Origin: Candidatus Aminicenantes bacterium
GTDB taxonomy: Bacteria > Acidobacteriota > Aminicenantia > Aminicenantales > Saccharicenantaceae
Length of the DNA stretch: 64,000 nucleotides
Assembly (NCBI GenBank): GCA_963813235.1
Contig: CAWEYF010000021.1
Location: 1,587 to 65,586 of the forward strand
Direction: 5' to 3'
In this document: positions 9,801-19,701 of the stretch, piece after piece
Layout of the letters: each line of letters begins with the position of its first letter
Numbering within the stretch: the stretch's first letter is position 1
Made by a program: the position numbers and the translations under genes
Notes under the pieces: model-generated
Told to the model about the DNA's origin: nothing
The model's database searches: none
The model's input: only the letters and a program-made list of their open reading frames with translations

Positions 9801-11497
9801 GTTGCCTCCGGACTTCCCTTCCGGAGCACCGCGCCCGGCGTATTTCCGGAGTGTTCGCCTTCCCGGACGACGACCTTCCCGTTGACAAGAACGTGCGGGA
9901 TGCCTTCCGGGTATTGATGAGGGTCGGCCCATGTGGCCTTGTCGCGAACCTTGTCGGGATCGAACACGACGATATCGGCGAAGTTGCCGGGCTGAAGGAC
10001 GCCCCTCCTCGCGAAACCGAATCTCGCGGCCGGGACCGAGGTCATCTTCCGCACCATAGCTTCGAGGGTCAGGAGCTTGTCCTCGCGGACGTACTTGCCG
10101 AGGGCCCTCGGGAATGCGCCGTAGGAGCGAGGGTGAGGCTTGCCCTTGCCCAAGGGGCCGTAGGGCGGCGAGGGCCGAGCCGTCCGAGCCGATGCCGACC
10201 AAGAGGATGGGCCATGAGCTTTCTTGAGGTTGTCCTCGCTCATGGCGAACTGGACGACGCCAACACGGTCGTTTTCTTCGATGAGGAGGTCCCTTATGAA
10301 TTCGTAGGCCGCCTTCTTGGCTTCCGAGAGGCTTCGAGGACGCTCATGCCCTCGAGCGCCTTGTTTTTCTCCGTTCCGACTCCGGAGATAAGGACCTTGT
10401 CCCAGGATCCCATGTTGGCCTCCTGCTCGCGACGACGGCAGCCTCAGTTTTTCACGCGAGGGCAGGGTCCTGGAGCCGGTCGAAGGAAGGCTTCCGTCGT
10501 TCCTTCTCTCGCCCACAACGGGAAATACAGGTCGAGCCCCGTCGCCGACGCGATATACGGATATCGGTCACAGAAAACGTCCAGGCCCGCGACCCGGGCC
10601 GCTTCGATGCGCTCGAGGACGGTCCCGAGCTTGGGCCAGTTGCGGACATACCCCGTCTTCAGGTGCGAGATCTGGAGGGGGAAGACCGGACTCACGGGCG
10701 ATGCGGATGGCCTCGTCCACGGCCTCGACGACGAAGTCCTCCTCGTCGCGCATGTGGGTGGCGTACATGCCCTTGAACGGCGCCGCCGCCCGGCAGACCT
10801 CTATGAGCTCCTCCGTCGACGAGAATCCTCCCGGCGCATACTCGAGCCCCGTCGAGATCCCGAAGGCCCCGCCGGCCATGCTGTCGGCCACGAGCTTCTT
10901 CATGAGCTCGAGCTCGGCCGCTTCCGGCTTCCGGTCCCCGTAGCCCATGGCGGCCGCCCGGACGGTTCCCTGACCGACGCACGACGCGAAGTTCAGGGCC
11001 GTTCCGGCCTTGTCGATGACGGCGTAGAACCCGCGGATATCGCGCCACGTAAGGGCCAGGCCGTATTCCTCCCCCAGGCGTTTCTTCGCTTCCTCGAACA
11101 TCGCGTCCGATAGAGGGAACGGTGAGTCGCCGCATTGGCCCGCGACGAGCGTGGTCACGCCCTGGCGAACGTCGCTTTCGGCCTTGGGGTTGACGAGAAT
11201 GGCCGTGTCCGTGTGATTGTGGACATCGATGAACCCGGGGGCGACGACCATCCCGCGGGCGGAAACGACCAGCGTCCCTCGGGAGGACGGGATCTTCCCG
11301 ATGCGGACGATGGAATCCCCGACGATCCCGATATCGGCGACCCGCCCGGGCGTCCCCAACCCGTCGATGACGAGTCCATCCTTGACGACGACATCATATG
11401 ACGTCTTGGACGTGCATCCTTTGAGCAGAAGCTCGCAGCCGCCTGCCGCCGCCAGCCCCGCCGTCCTGATAAAGTCTCTGCGCGATATCTCGGCCAT
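9797..11497 (-). CDS. D-aminoacylase / N-acyl-D-amino-acid deacylase with Tat-lipoprotein signal (several frameshifts)
   Basis: SRRDFI..LKGC leader, APGFIDVHNH, STGLEY.PG, THMRDE, HPRSYGAFPR and ADIVVFD motifs. Confidence 0.82.
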
Positions 11498-11515
11498 CGG
11501 GCTTTCTCCTTTGGT

Positions 11516-12091
11516 CTATATGCCGGGCCGGCGGCCCGCTTTGACCCGGCCGAGGGTCTCGGCGATCCGGCGTGCCCTCGTCTCCGGCCTCTTGGCGCTG
11601 TCGACCCAGAAGGCGTAGAGTTTCTTGGAAGACGGCGGCATCTTCACGAAGCACGCGTCGGCTTCGGGGTCACGGGCCAGGGCATCGAGGAGGTCCTGTG
11701 GCGGCACCCGGTCCCGGTCGATGGCGTCAAGCCTCGTCCAGGAACCGTTCCGTTGGGCCGCCTCGATCTTCGCCAGCCCGTGTTCGGTCATCCGGCCTTC
11801 GCGGATGAGCCTCGCGACATGTCCTTTGTTCGCGGTGGACCACAGGCTCCGGGGATTGCGCGGCGTATACTTCTGCATGTACTTTTCTTCATCGCACTTC
11901 TGGACGACGGAATCGATCCATCCGAAACAGAGGGCCTCATCGAGCGCCTCCCGATAGGTGATCGACGTCTTCCCGGTCCCTTTCTTATAATAGAGGAGCC
12001 AAAGACCCTTCTCTTTATCGTGGTGTTTTTCAAGCCACGCCCTCCATGCCCCCCGGTCCTTGAAAAGTCTCTGGCCCGCCTTTTCACTCAT
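11516..12091 (-). CDS. YdeI/OmpD-associated family protein
   Basis: WRAWLEKHH, EALCFGWIDS, S.WS..NK and AKRPETRARR motifs. Confidence 0.85.
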   Translation of the reverse strand: MSEKAGQRLFKDRGAWRAWLEKHHDKEKGLWLLYYKKGTGKTSITYREALDEALCFGWIDSVVQKCDEEKYMQKYTPRNPRSLWSTANKGHVARLIREGRMTEHGLAKIEAAQRNGSWTRLDAIDRDRVPPQDLLDALARDPEADACFVKMPPSSKKLYAFWVDSAKRPETRARRIAETLGRVKAGRRPGI

Positions 12092-12152
12092 GGCCGGCGG
12101 CTCCGGCCGGGAAGGTGATGATCATGGGTCGTCTCGATTCCATGGGCGCTCC

Positions 12153-13556
12153 CTACTTCTGGATATTGGGAAGCTGGAGCCCGTAGCCCTTCTTCTTGTC
12201 CTCCGCTTTCAGGAGGAACGCGAACACGAGCGACATCAGGCCGAACGTCATGAAGATGATCATGGGGATCGTGTAGTTATAAGTGGTGACCGATTGCCCT
12301 TCCCGGATGGCCGTTCCGGTCACGCCGTACTTGTCCAGCACCCATCCGATCAGGGCGGGGACGGACATGAGGGCGAACGCGTTCTGGACCCAGAAGATGA
12401 GGGCGTAGGCCGTCCCCAGCTGACGTTCTGGGATGATCTTGGGGACGGACGGCCACATGGCCGAGGGGACGAGGGAGAAGCCGATCCCGAGGACGATCAT
12501 AAGGACGATGGCGAGCAGCCAGTGGTTCAGGATCGGGACGGCGAACAGGAGATGGACCAGGACGATGAGGAAGGCGCCGAGGATCATGATGGAAGCGCCC
12601 TTCCCTTTGCGGTCGTACAGGTTGCCGAAGACCGGCGTGAGCAGGATGGTGCCGAAGGGCAGGAGCCCGGGGATGGTCCCGGCCCAGGCCTCCGAGACCC
12701 CGAACTTGTTGATCATGAAATAGGTGGCGTATTTCAGGAACGGGAAGACGGCGGAGTAGAACAGGGCGCAGAGGATGCAGATGTACCACCAGCCGCGGTT
12801 CCGGATAATGCTGAGAATGTCCTTCAGCCGGAACGCCTCCTCGGGAGCGGCGGCCGTGTCGACCCTGGCCGCGGCGACCGAAGCGTCGAGCTTCTTGTCC
12901 CTGAAGGTATACACGAAGAAGGTCAGGACCCCGATGACCAGCATGATGAGGCAGACCAGGACGGGCGCCGAAACGTGGCCGAAGGCCTTGGCGATAGGCA
13001 GGGCCGTGGAAAGGGCGAGGGCCGTCCCGAGACGGGCGATGGCCAGCTGAAGGCCCATGGCCAGGGCCATTTCATGGCCCTTGAACCATTTCACGACGAC
13101 CTTGGAGGCGGTGATGCCGGCGACCTCGATCCCGACGCCGAAGACGGCGTAGCCGAAAGCCGCCATCCAGACCTGGGCGGGGAACGTCCAGAACAGGATA
13201 TGCCAGGTTTGCCCGTCGAGGGCGTGGGTCGTGATGGCCCAATACTTTATGGCGGTCCCGCCGACCATGACGATGGCCGCAGCCATGCCGGCGAAACGGG
13301 CCCCGAGCTTGTCGAGGATCATCCCCCCGATGATGAGGAAGAACAGGAAGACGTTGAACCAGCCGTAGGCGCCGGTGAACCAGCCGTAATCCGTGGAGTT
13401 CCAATGAAGCTGGGCTTCGAGCATCCCCTGGAGCGGCGACATGACGTCGGCCAGGAAATACCCGGCGAACTGGGTGAAGGAAACGAGCAGGATCGCCGCC
13501 CAGCGGGCGGACTTGGAATCGCTGATGATCCTTTTCACGGTATCGTTCATCGTCAC
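12153..13556 (-). CDS. MFS transporter
   Basis: About 12 TM segments with GMILDKLG and GNLYDRKG loop motifs. Confidence 0.85.
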   Translation of the reverse strand: MTMNDTVKRIISDSKSARWAAILLVSFTQFAGYFLADVMSPLQGMLEAQLHWNSTDYGWFTGAYGWFNVFLFFLIIGGMILDKLGARFAGMAAAIVMVGGTAIKYWAITTHALDGQTWHILFWTFPAQVWMAAFGYAVFGVGIEVAGITASKVVVKWFKGHEMALAMGLQLAIARLGTALALSTALPIAKAFGHVSAPVLVCLIMLVIGVLTFFVYTFRDKKLDASVAAARVDTAAAPEEAFRLKDILSIIRNRGWWYICILCALFYSAVFPFLKYATYFMINKFGVSEAWAGTIPGLLPFGTILLTPVFGNLYDRKGKGASIMILGAFLIVLVHLLFAVPILNHWLLAIVLMIVLGIGFSLVPSAMWPSVPKIIPERQLGTAYALIFWVQNAFALMSVPALIGWVLDKYGVTGTAIREGQSVTTYNYTIPMIIFMTFGLMSLVFAFLLKAEDKKKGYGLQLPNIQK

Positions 13557-13595
13557 TCTCCTTTAGGACGGCCCGTGCGCGGGAGACTGATTGCG

Positions 13596-13624
13596 ACTAT
13601 ATCGGGCTCCCGGAACGCTGTCAA
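13596..13624 (-). promoter_or_regulatory. sigma70-like promoter for the MFS gene
   Basis: TTGACA-17 bp-TATAGT. Confidence 0.65.
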
Positions 13625-13634
13625 GAAGGGCGGC

Positions 13635-14474
13635 TCAGAACGAGAGCGAGAGGGTAACGGCCTGGCGCCTCGCGGCGATCCCGAACGACGCTGAAAGCTT
13701 AGGGCCTCCCGCCTCCCGGTTCAGGGCGCAGATCTTCTTGGCCGTGAAATAGCCGATCGCCGACCCGACGAGGACGTCCGAGGCCCAGTGCTTATCCTGG
13801 TGGATACGGGAGAGAGAGGTCAGGACGGCGACGCTGTAACAGGCGGCGTCGACGAAACCGTTATCCGTCCGATCCGCGATGACCGTAGCGACGGACCAGA
13901 TGGAGGTGGCGTGCCCGGACGGCATGGCCGTCCAGGACGATCGCGTAGAGAACGGGTGGAAGCTCCCGCTCCCCTCCCCCGTTCCAGGCCTGGCCCGTCC
14001 GACCGCGAACTTTAAAACCGTGGAAAAAACGCTCGCGGCGAGATAGCTCTCGACCCCGAGCCACGCCGTCTTCCTCAATCCGTCGTCCCCGGAGAACTGT
14101 CCGACCGCGAATAGCCCCGCCAGGAAACCGCCGAGATAAGCCCCGTCGCCGAAGCGCGTGACGACCCGGAAGAAGTCCTTCGTGCCCTGTGTCCGATGCT
14201 CCAGAACGCGGTCATGGATACCCTCGTCCGCGAGCCCGAGGACAAGCCCGGCCCCGACGACGGCCGTGAGCTTCAGGAGGTCCGAGCCGTTCCAGTGAGC
14301 CGGCGACGCCAGAGCTCTCCCGAGGACAGCCGGGGTCATTTGGAACGCCCGGGAGAACGACCCGTCGGCTTTTTCGTCTTTGGCGGCGGGCCCTCCGGCC
14401 GCGGCCCGGGACAACGCCAGGATCAGGACCACGACGAGCGCCATCCGTCTCCCATTGAACGACCGTGCGCTCAT
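13635..14474 (-). CDS. PAP2 family phosphatase
   Basis: K...GRARP, PSGH and SRI...HWASDV motifs. ATGA overlap with the waaA stop. Confidence 0.88.
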   Translation of the reverse strand: MSARSFNGRRMALVVVLILALSRAAAGGPAAKDEKADGSFSRAFQMTPAVLGRALASPAHWNGSDLLKLTAVVGAGLVLGLADEGIHDRVLEHRTQGTKDFFRVVTRFGDGAYLGGFLAGLFAVGQFSGDDGLRKTAWLGVESYLAASVFSTVLKFAVGRARPGTGEGSGSFHPFSTRSSWTAMPSGHATSIWSVATVIADRTDNGFVDAACYSVAVLTSLSRIHQDKHWASDVLVGSAIGYFTAKKICALNREAGGPKLSASFGIAARRQAVTLSLSF

Positions 14475-15778
14475 TTCAGGCCTCCTTGATCCGGACCGGG
14501 ACCGGGTTTCCTCATAGCCTCCTCGATGGCCCGGATGGTCCTTCCCGTCGCTCCGCCGAGCGACGCGAGGTGGGCGCGGGCCCGCTCTCCCATCCTGCCG
14601 AGCGCGGCGGTGTCCTCAAGAAGGAACATGTCCTCAAGCTCCGGGTCCGTCCGGACGATCCGGGCCGCTCCCGCCCGGATGAACGAGTCTGCCAGCCTGG
14701 CGAAGTTCTGCATATGGGGCCCGAAGAAGACCGGCTTGCCGTAAAAGGCCGGCTCCAGGATGTTATGGCCGCCCCAATCGACGAGACTTCCGCCGACGAA
14801 GGCGACATCCGAGAGGGCGTAAACTTGGGCGAGTTCCCCGATCGTGTCCAGGAGGAGGACGTCCCATCGATCGCCCGGACGCATTCGCGTCCTGCGGGTG
14901 ATCGTGAATCCGGTCCAATGGGCGGCTTTTTCCACCTCCCCCGCCCTCTCCACGTGGCGCGGGGCGACGACAAACCTCAGGCCCGGCCGCCGCTTTCGGG
15001 CCTCGGCGAACGCGCGGAGGAGACGCTCTTCCTCGCCCTTCCGCGTCGAGCCGGCGACGACGACCTTCTCCCCGCTCTCGATCCCGAGACTTCGCTTGAA
15101 GTCCCGAAGCTCCCCTTCGGAGAAGACGGGGAGCCGGACCTCGGTCTTCAGGTTGCCGGCGACCTCGAGCCTCCCGGGCTCGATCCCCAGCCGCTCCAGC
15201 TTCTCCCTGTCCTCATCGGTCTGAACGAGGAACCTGTCGACGTTCCCGAGGATCCTCCGGGCGATCGGCCGGATGTCCTCGTAGACCTTGAAGGTATGCT
15301 CGGAGATGCGCCCGTTGATGAGGAGCACCTTGAGGCCCCGGTCGGACGCCTCGCCGAGCAGGTTCGGCCAGAACTCGGATTCCGCCAGGACGAGGACCCC
15401 GGGACGGACCGCCCGAAAGACCCTGCGGAGGACGCGCCGGAAATCGAGAGGGACGAAAAAGACCCGGTCCGCTTCCTTGAGCTTCTCTCGGGCCATCTTG
15501 ATCCCGGAATGGGTCAAGGTGGAAAAAACGATGTCCCACTCGGGGTGCCGGCGTTTCAACTCCCGAATGAGGTGCTGGAGCGACAGGACCTCGCCCACCG
15601 AAACCGCGTGGATCCAGACCGCATCCCGGCCTTCCGGCCTCTTCTCCAGGCCCAGGGCCAGCCTTTCGCGGAGATGGACGCGGTCCTTTTTCAGGACCTT
15701 CATCCGGAACGCGTAGAACGGCAGGTAGAGAGCGAGCGCGACGGCGAGGGCGAACGAATAGATCAGGTACACGGCCAT
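14471..15778 (-). CDS. waaA: 3-deoxy-D-manno-octulosonic acid transferase
   Basis: WIHAVSVGE, ESEFWPN, GNLK, APRH, DTIGEL and GGHNILEPA motifs. Start at ATG 15778. Confidence 0.93.
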   Translation of the reverse strand: MAVYLIYSFALAVALALYLPFYAFRMKVLKKDRVHLRERLALGLEKRPEGRDAVWIHAVSVGEVLSLQHLIRELKRRHPEWDIVFSTLTHSGIKMAREKLKEADRVFFVPLDFRRVLRRVFRAVRPGVLVLAESEFWPNLLGEASDRGLKVLLINGRISEHTFKVYEDIRPIARRILGNVDRFLVQTDEDREKLERLGIEPGRLEVAGNLKTEVRLPVFSEGELRDFKRSLGIESGEKVVVAGSTRKGEEERLLRAFAEARKRRPGLRFVVAPRHVERAGEVEKAAHWTGFTITRRTRMRPGDRWDVLLLDTIGELAQVYALSDVAFVGGSLVDWGGHNILEPAFYGKPVFFGPHMQNFARLADSFIRAGAARIVRTDPELEDMFLLEDTAALGRMGERARAHLASLGGATGRTIRAIEEAMRKPGPGPDQGGLK

Positions 15779-15809
15779 TGAATATACTAGATTCCCCCTG
15801 GCCGCGCAA

Positions 15810-15937
15810 CGTTCCCCGGCAGCCGTGGACCGGGGACCGAAGGCTAAGATCCAATTCCTGGTGACCGAGGAAGGCCCTGCGGTTGCCACTGAGGCGGGAA
15901 TCTGGTATTCTTGGGGTCCGGACACCCCCCCGGAACG
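15810..15937 (+). ncRNA. candidate structured RNA, family unassigned
   Basis: Closing stem CGTTCC/GGAACG, inner pairings GGACC/GGTCC and GAAGGCTAAGAT/ATCTGGTATTC, and two terminal hairpins. Confidence 0.35.
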
Positions 15938-15965
15938 ATATCCGAAAGACCGAAAGGACAGGACC

Positions 15966-16148
15966 ATGGCCGAAGACAAGAAAACCGAGCAGCCCGGGAC
16001 CCCGGAGGCCGCCGGGAACAAGAAGATCAACGAGATGTCGATCAAGGACCTCGAGGCCAAACTGGCCGAGGTCGTGGAAAAGCAGGGGGGCTTGACCTCC
16101 AAGTACGCCAAACAGCTCCTCCTCAGGAAGAAGACCCTGACGTCCTGA
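15966..16148 (+). CDS. small hypothetical protein (60 aa)
   Basis: RBS AAGGACAGGA; MAEDKKTEQP...LLLRKKTLTS; GC3-biased codons. Confidence 0.65.
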   Translation: MAEDKKTEQPGTPEAAGNKKINEMSIKDLEAKLAEVVEKQGGLTSKYAKQLLLRKKTLTS

Positions 16149-16206
16149 GGACGGCCCCGCCCGGGCAGGGAGACCTGGCCTCCCCGGAAGCACACAAAAT
16201 AAACGG

Positions 16207-16235
16207 TTTACTTTTTCGGAGCCCTCTGCTATGAT
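16207..16235 (+). promoter_or_regulatory. sigma70-like promoter for rpsO-pnp
   Basis: TTTACT-17 bp-TATGAT with extended TG. Confidence 0.55.
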
Positions 16236-16267
16236 ACGGGGCGAAAAAAAATATAGGAGAATACCGC

Positions 16268-16534
16268 GTGCTTAGCAAAGAAGTGAAGACAAAAATCGTC
16301 AAGGACAACCAGGCGCACCTCACGGACTCGGGGTCCCCCGAGGTCCAGGTCGCCCTCCTCACCGAGCGAATCAACTCGCTCATCGGCCACTTTTCGACTC
16401 ACAAGAAAGACCATCATTCCCGGGTCGGGCTGATGAAGCTCGTCAGCCAAAGGAAGAGGCTCCTGGAGTACCTCAAGAAAAGGGAATTCGGCCGCTACGA
16501 AAAGCTCATCCAGAAGCTCGGCCTCCGCAAGTAA
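16268..16534 (+). CDS. rpsO: 30S ribosomal protein S15
   Basis: [21 protein letters not shown] and RKRLLEYL motifs. Confidence 0.97.
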   Translation: MLSKEVKTKIVKDNQAHLTDSGSPEVQVALLTERINSLIGHFSTHKKDHHSRVGLMKLVSQRKRLLEYLKKREFGRYEKLIQKLGLRK

Positions 16535-16561
16535 GCCCCCGCCCCCCCAAGGAATCGAACC

Positions 16562-18757
16562 ATGTCTCACACCATAAGTCTCGAGATCAACAACAGGACC
16601 CTGACGATAGAGATCGGCAAGATCGCCCGGCAGGCCGATGGCTCGGCCCTGGTTCGCTACGGCGAAACCATCATGCTGGTCACGGCCACTTCCAAGAAGG
16701 ACGTCAAGGAGCCGAAGCCCTTCCTCCCCCTCATCGTCGATTACCGCGAGAATACCTACGCCGCCGGGAAGATCCCCGGGGGCTTCTTCAAGCGCGAAGG
16801 CCGCCCCTCGGAGCGCGAGATCCTGGAGGCCCGCCTCATCGACAGGCCGATCCGGCCGCTCTTCCCCGAAGGGTACTTCTTCGATACCCAGATCGTCGGC
16901 CTCCTGCTTTCGGCCGACCTGGAGAACGAGCCCGACACGCTCGGGGTCATCGGCGCCTCGGCCGCCCTCTATTTCTCGAGCATCCCGTTCACGACGCCCA
17001 TCGGGGCCGTGAAGGTCGGCTTGGTCGACGGTGCGTTCGTCATCAACCCGACGGCGACCCAGCTCGCGGGGAGCCCGCTCAACATGACCGTCGTCGGGAC
17101 CGAGGATGGCGTCGTCATGATCGAAGCCGGGGCGAAGGAGGTCGAGGAAGAACGGCTCATTGAGGGGATCAGCCTCGCCCATGAGACCATCAAGAGGATC
17201 GTCCAGGCCCAGAAGGACCTGTTTGCCCGCCTCGGGATCAAGAAGCGCGAATTCGCGCCCAAGGTCCCGAACCCCGAGCGGAAGGCCCGAGTCGAACAGG
17301 AGGCCTCCGCGGCCCTCCTCGAGGCCATCCAGATCAAGGACAAGCTGCAGAGCGAGGCGGCCGTCAAGAAGGTCCTGGAAACCCTCCTGGCCGGCGTCCC
17401 GGCCGACAAACCGGAAGAGGCCCAGGAAACCAAGGAGATCTTCTACCGCCTTGAAGAGAAGCTCGTCCGCGACTTCATCCTCACCCAGGGAAAAAGATCG
17501 GACGGCAGAAGGTTCGACGAGGTCCGGCCCATCGCCATCGAGGTCGGCTCTCTCCCCCGGACTCACGGCTCGGCCATCTTCACGCGGGGCGAGACCCAGA
17601 GCCTGGCCACCGTCACCCTGGGTACGGTCGAGGACGCCCAGAGGTTGGACAACCTGGGCGATGAAACCAAGAAACGGTTCATGCTCCATTACAATTTCCC
17701 GCCGTTTTCGGTGGGCGAAGTGAACTTCCTGAGGGGTCCGGGCCGCAGGGAGATCGGGCACGGCGCCCTGGCGGAAAAGGGCATCCTGCCCTCGATCCCG
17801 GACGACGCCGCATTCCCTTACACGATCCGCATCGTCTCCGACATCCTTGAATCCAACGGATCCTCGTCCATGGCCACCGTCTGCGGCGGGGTCCTCGCCC
17901 TGATGGACGCCGGGGTCCCCCTGAAGATGATCGTCGCCGGCGTCGCCATGGGGCTCGTCGCCGATGGCGACCGCACCGCCATCCTGACCGACATCGCCGG
18001 CCTCGAAGACCACTGCGGGGACATGGACTTCAAGGTCATCGGGAGCGAAAAGGGCGTCACGGCCATCCAGATGGACCTGAAGATCAAGTCTGTCACACCT
18101 GCCTTGCTGCGGGAGGCGTTCGCCCAGTCCCGCAGGGCCCGGCTCCACGTCCTTGGCCGGATGAAGGAATCCCTGGCGGCCCCGAGGGCGGACATTTCGC
18201 CTTACGCGCCGCGCATCTTCACAGTATTCGTCAATCCCGAGCGGGTGAGCGAGGTCATCGGGCCGGCGGGCAAGGTCATCAAGAAGATCGTCGCCCTGAC
18301 CGGGGCCAAGATCGACATCGAGGACGACGGGAAGATCACCATCGCCTCGGCGGACGTCGCCGCGGCCGAGAAGGCTATGCAGATGATCCGGGACATCACG
18401 GCCGAAGCCGAGATCGGCAAGAACTACACGGGCAAGGTCATCCGCCTGGAGGAATACGGGGCGTTCGTCGAGATCCTGCCGAACGTCGTCGGCCTCCTCC
18501 ACATCTCCGAGGTCGCGCCCTACAGGATCAAAAGCATCCGGGACGTCATCCAGATGGGCCAGGACCTGACGGTCAAGTGCATCACGATCGACGAGGACCG
18601 CAAGGTCCGCGTCAGCCTGAAGGCGCTCGCGGATCCCAACGCCCCCCCGCCTCCCGAGGGAAGCCAGGGGACCCCGGAGGGAGACCAGAGGCCTCCGTAC
18701 AGGGGCCAAGGCGGCCATCCCCCGAATCGGGACAGGGGTCGCCGTAACCGATATTAG
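16562..18757 (+). CDS. pnp: Polyribonucleotide nucleotidyltransferase
   Basis: GKIPGGFFKREG, RREIGHG and SNGSSSMA motifs, plus KH and S1 domains. Confidence 0.97.
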   Translation: MSHTISLEINNRTLTIEIGKIARQADGSALVRYGETIMLVTATSKKDVKEPKPFLPLIVDYRENTYAAGKIPGGFFKREGRPSEREILEARLIDRPIRPLFPEGYFFDTQIVGLLLSADLENEPDTLGVIGASAALYFSSIPFTTPIGAVKVGLVDGAFVINPTATQLAGSPLNMTVVGTEDGVVMIEAGAKEVEEERLIEGISLAHETIKRIVQAQKDLFARLGIKKREFAPKVPNPERKARVEQEASAALLEAIQIKDKLQSEAAVKKVLETLLAGVPADKPEEAQETKEIFYRLEEKLVRDFILTQGKRSDGRRFDEVRPIAIEVGSLPRTHGSAIFTRGETQSLATVTLGTVEDAQRLDNLGDETKKRFMLHYNFPPFSVGEVNFLRGPGRREIGHGALAEKGILPSIPDDAAFPYTIRIVSDILESNGSSSMATVCGGVLALMDAGVPLKMIVAGVAMGLVADGDRTAILTDIAGLEDHCGDMDFKVIGSEKGVTAIQMDLKIKSVTPALLREAFAQSRRARLHVLGRMKESLAAPRADISPYAPRIFTVFVNPERVSEVIGPAGKVIKKIVALTGAKIDIEDDGKITIASADVAAAEKAMQMIRDITAEAEIGKNYTGKVIRLEEYGAFVEILPNVVGLLHISEVAPYRIKSIRDVIQMGQDLTVKCITIDEDRKVRVSLKALADPNAPPPPEGSQGTPEGDQRPPYRGQGGHPPNRDRGRRNRY

Positions 18758-18764
18758 GTTTCAC

Positions 18765-19295
18765 ATGTTCGCGGGGACGGGAACCGCACGCGCCGGCCGG
18801 AGGGGGTTCACCCTGGTCGAGATGCTGGTGACGCTGACGATTTTGGCGATCCTCGCTTCGGCGATCGTCCCCATAGCCAAGACCGCCCTCCAGCGCGAAA
18901 AGGAGCTCGAACTCCGAAGGGACCTGCGCCAGCTCCGCGAGGCCATCGACGCCTACAAGAAGCTCGCCGACGAGAAGAAGCTGGAGTCGGAAGAGGACGG
19001 CGAAGGCTATCCCCCGGACCTGGAAACCCTGGTCAACGGCGTCGAGATCGAGGCCACGGCCCAGGAGGATCCGGAAGCGAGGACAGAGGGCCGGACCGCG
19101 TCCGGAGCGAAGAAGAAGCTCGTCCGCTTCCTGCGCCGCATCCCCAGGGATCCGATGACGGGTTCGGCGGATTGGGGGCTCCGGTCCTACCAGGACGACC
19201 GCGACAGCGACGTCTGGGGGGAGGAGAACGTCTATGATGTCTATTCGAAAAGCCGGGCCAAGGCCCTGGACGGCACGCGGTACAATGAATGGTGA
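18765..19295 (+). CDS. Type II secretion pseudopilin-like protein (GspG-like)
   Basis: G|FTLVEML prepilin site; R.IP.DPMT. Confidence 0.85.
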   Translation: MFAGTGTARAGRRGFTLVEMLVTLTILAILASAIVPIAKTALQREKELELRRDLRQLREAIDAYKKLADEKKLESEEDGEGYPPDLETLVNGVEIEATAQEDPEARTEGRTASGAKKKLVRFLRRIPRDPMTGSADWGLRSYQDDRDSDVWGEENVYDVYSKSRAKALDGTRYNEW

Positions 19296-19302
19296 GGCCG
19301 GC

Positions 19303-19701
19303 ATGAAGGGACGGGACCGCGGATTCACCCTCATCGAGATCATCATCGTCTTCACCCTCATCGGAATTTTGGTCGGCCTGGGGCTCCCCCAATACCAGAC
19401 CGCGGCCAAGCGGGCCCGCGAGGCTGTCCTCAAGGAAGACCTATTCCAGTTCCGGAAGCTCATCGACCAATATTTCCAGGACAAGGGCAAGTACCCGGCC
19501 TCGCTCCAGACCCTGGTCGAGGAGAAATATCTCAGGTCCGTCCCGGTCGATCCCCTGACGAAATCGGCGACGACCTGGGTCGAGGTCCGGGAGATGCCGG
19601 CGCCCGACGAATACACCCCCCCCGAGAACCTGGGCGTCATGGACGTCAGATCCGGGTCCGAGGCCAAGGCCCTGGACGGCACGCTCTTCAACACATGGTG
19701 A
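19303..19701 (+). CDS. Type II secretion pseudopilin-like protein
   Basis: G|FTLIEII; YP..L..LV...YLR.VPVDP. Confidence 0.85.
   Translation: MKGRDRGFTLIEIIIVFTLIGILVGLGLPQYQTAAKRAREAVLKEDLFQFRKLIDQYFQDKGKYPASLQTLVEEKYLRSVPVDPLTKSATTWVEVREMPAPDEYTPPENLGVMDVRSGSEAKALDGTLFNTW

Noticed and set aside
15870-15905. Cobalamin riboswitch-like GCCACTG..GGGAA
   Set aside because: The other conserved elements and a B12-related downstream gene are missing. Kept only as an unassigned structured candidate.
16229-18718. Long antisense ORFs (also 12060-13694, 30377-32281, 55538-56815 and others)
   Set aside because: These are shadow ORFs typical of high-GC3 genes, with no recognisable motifs.
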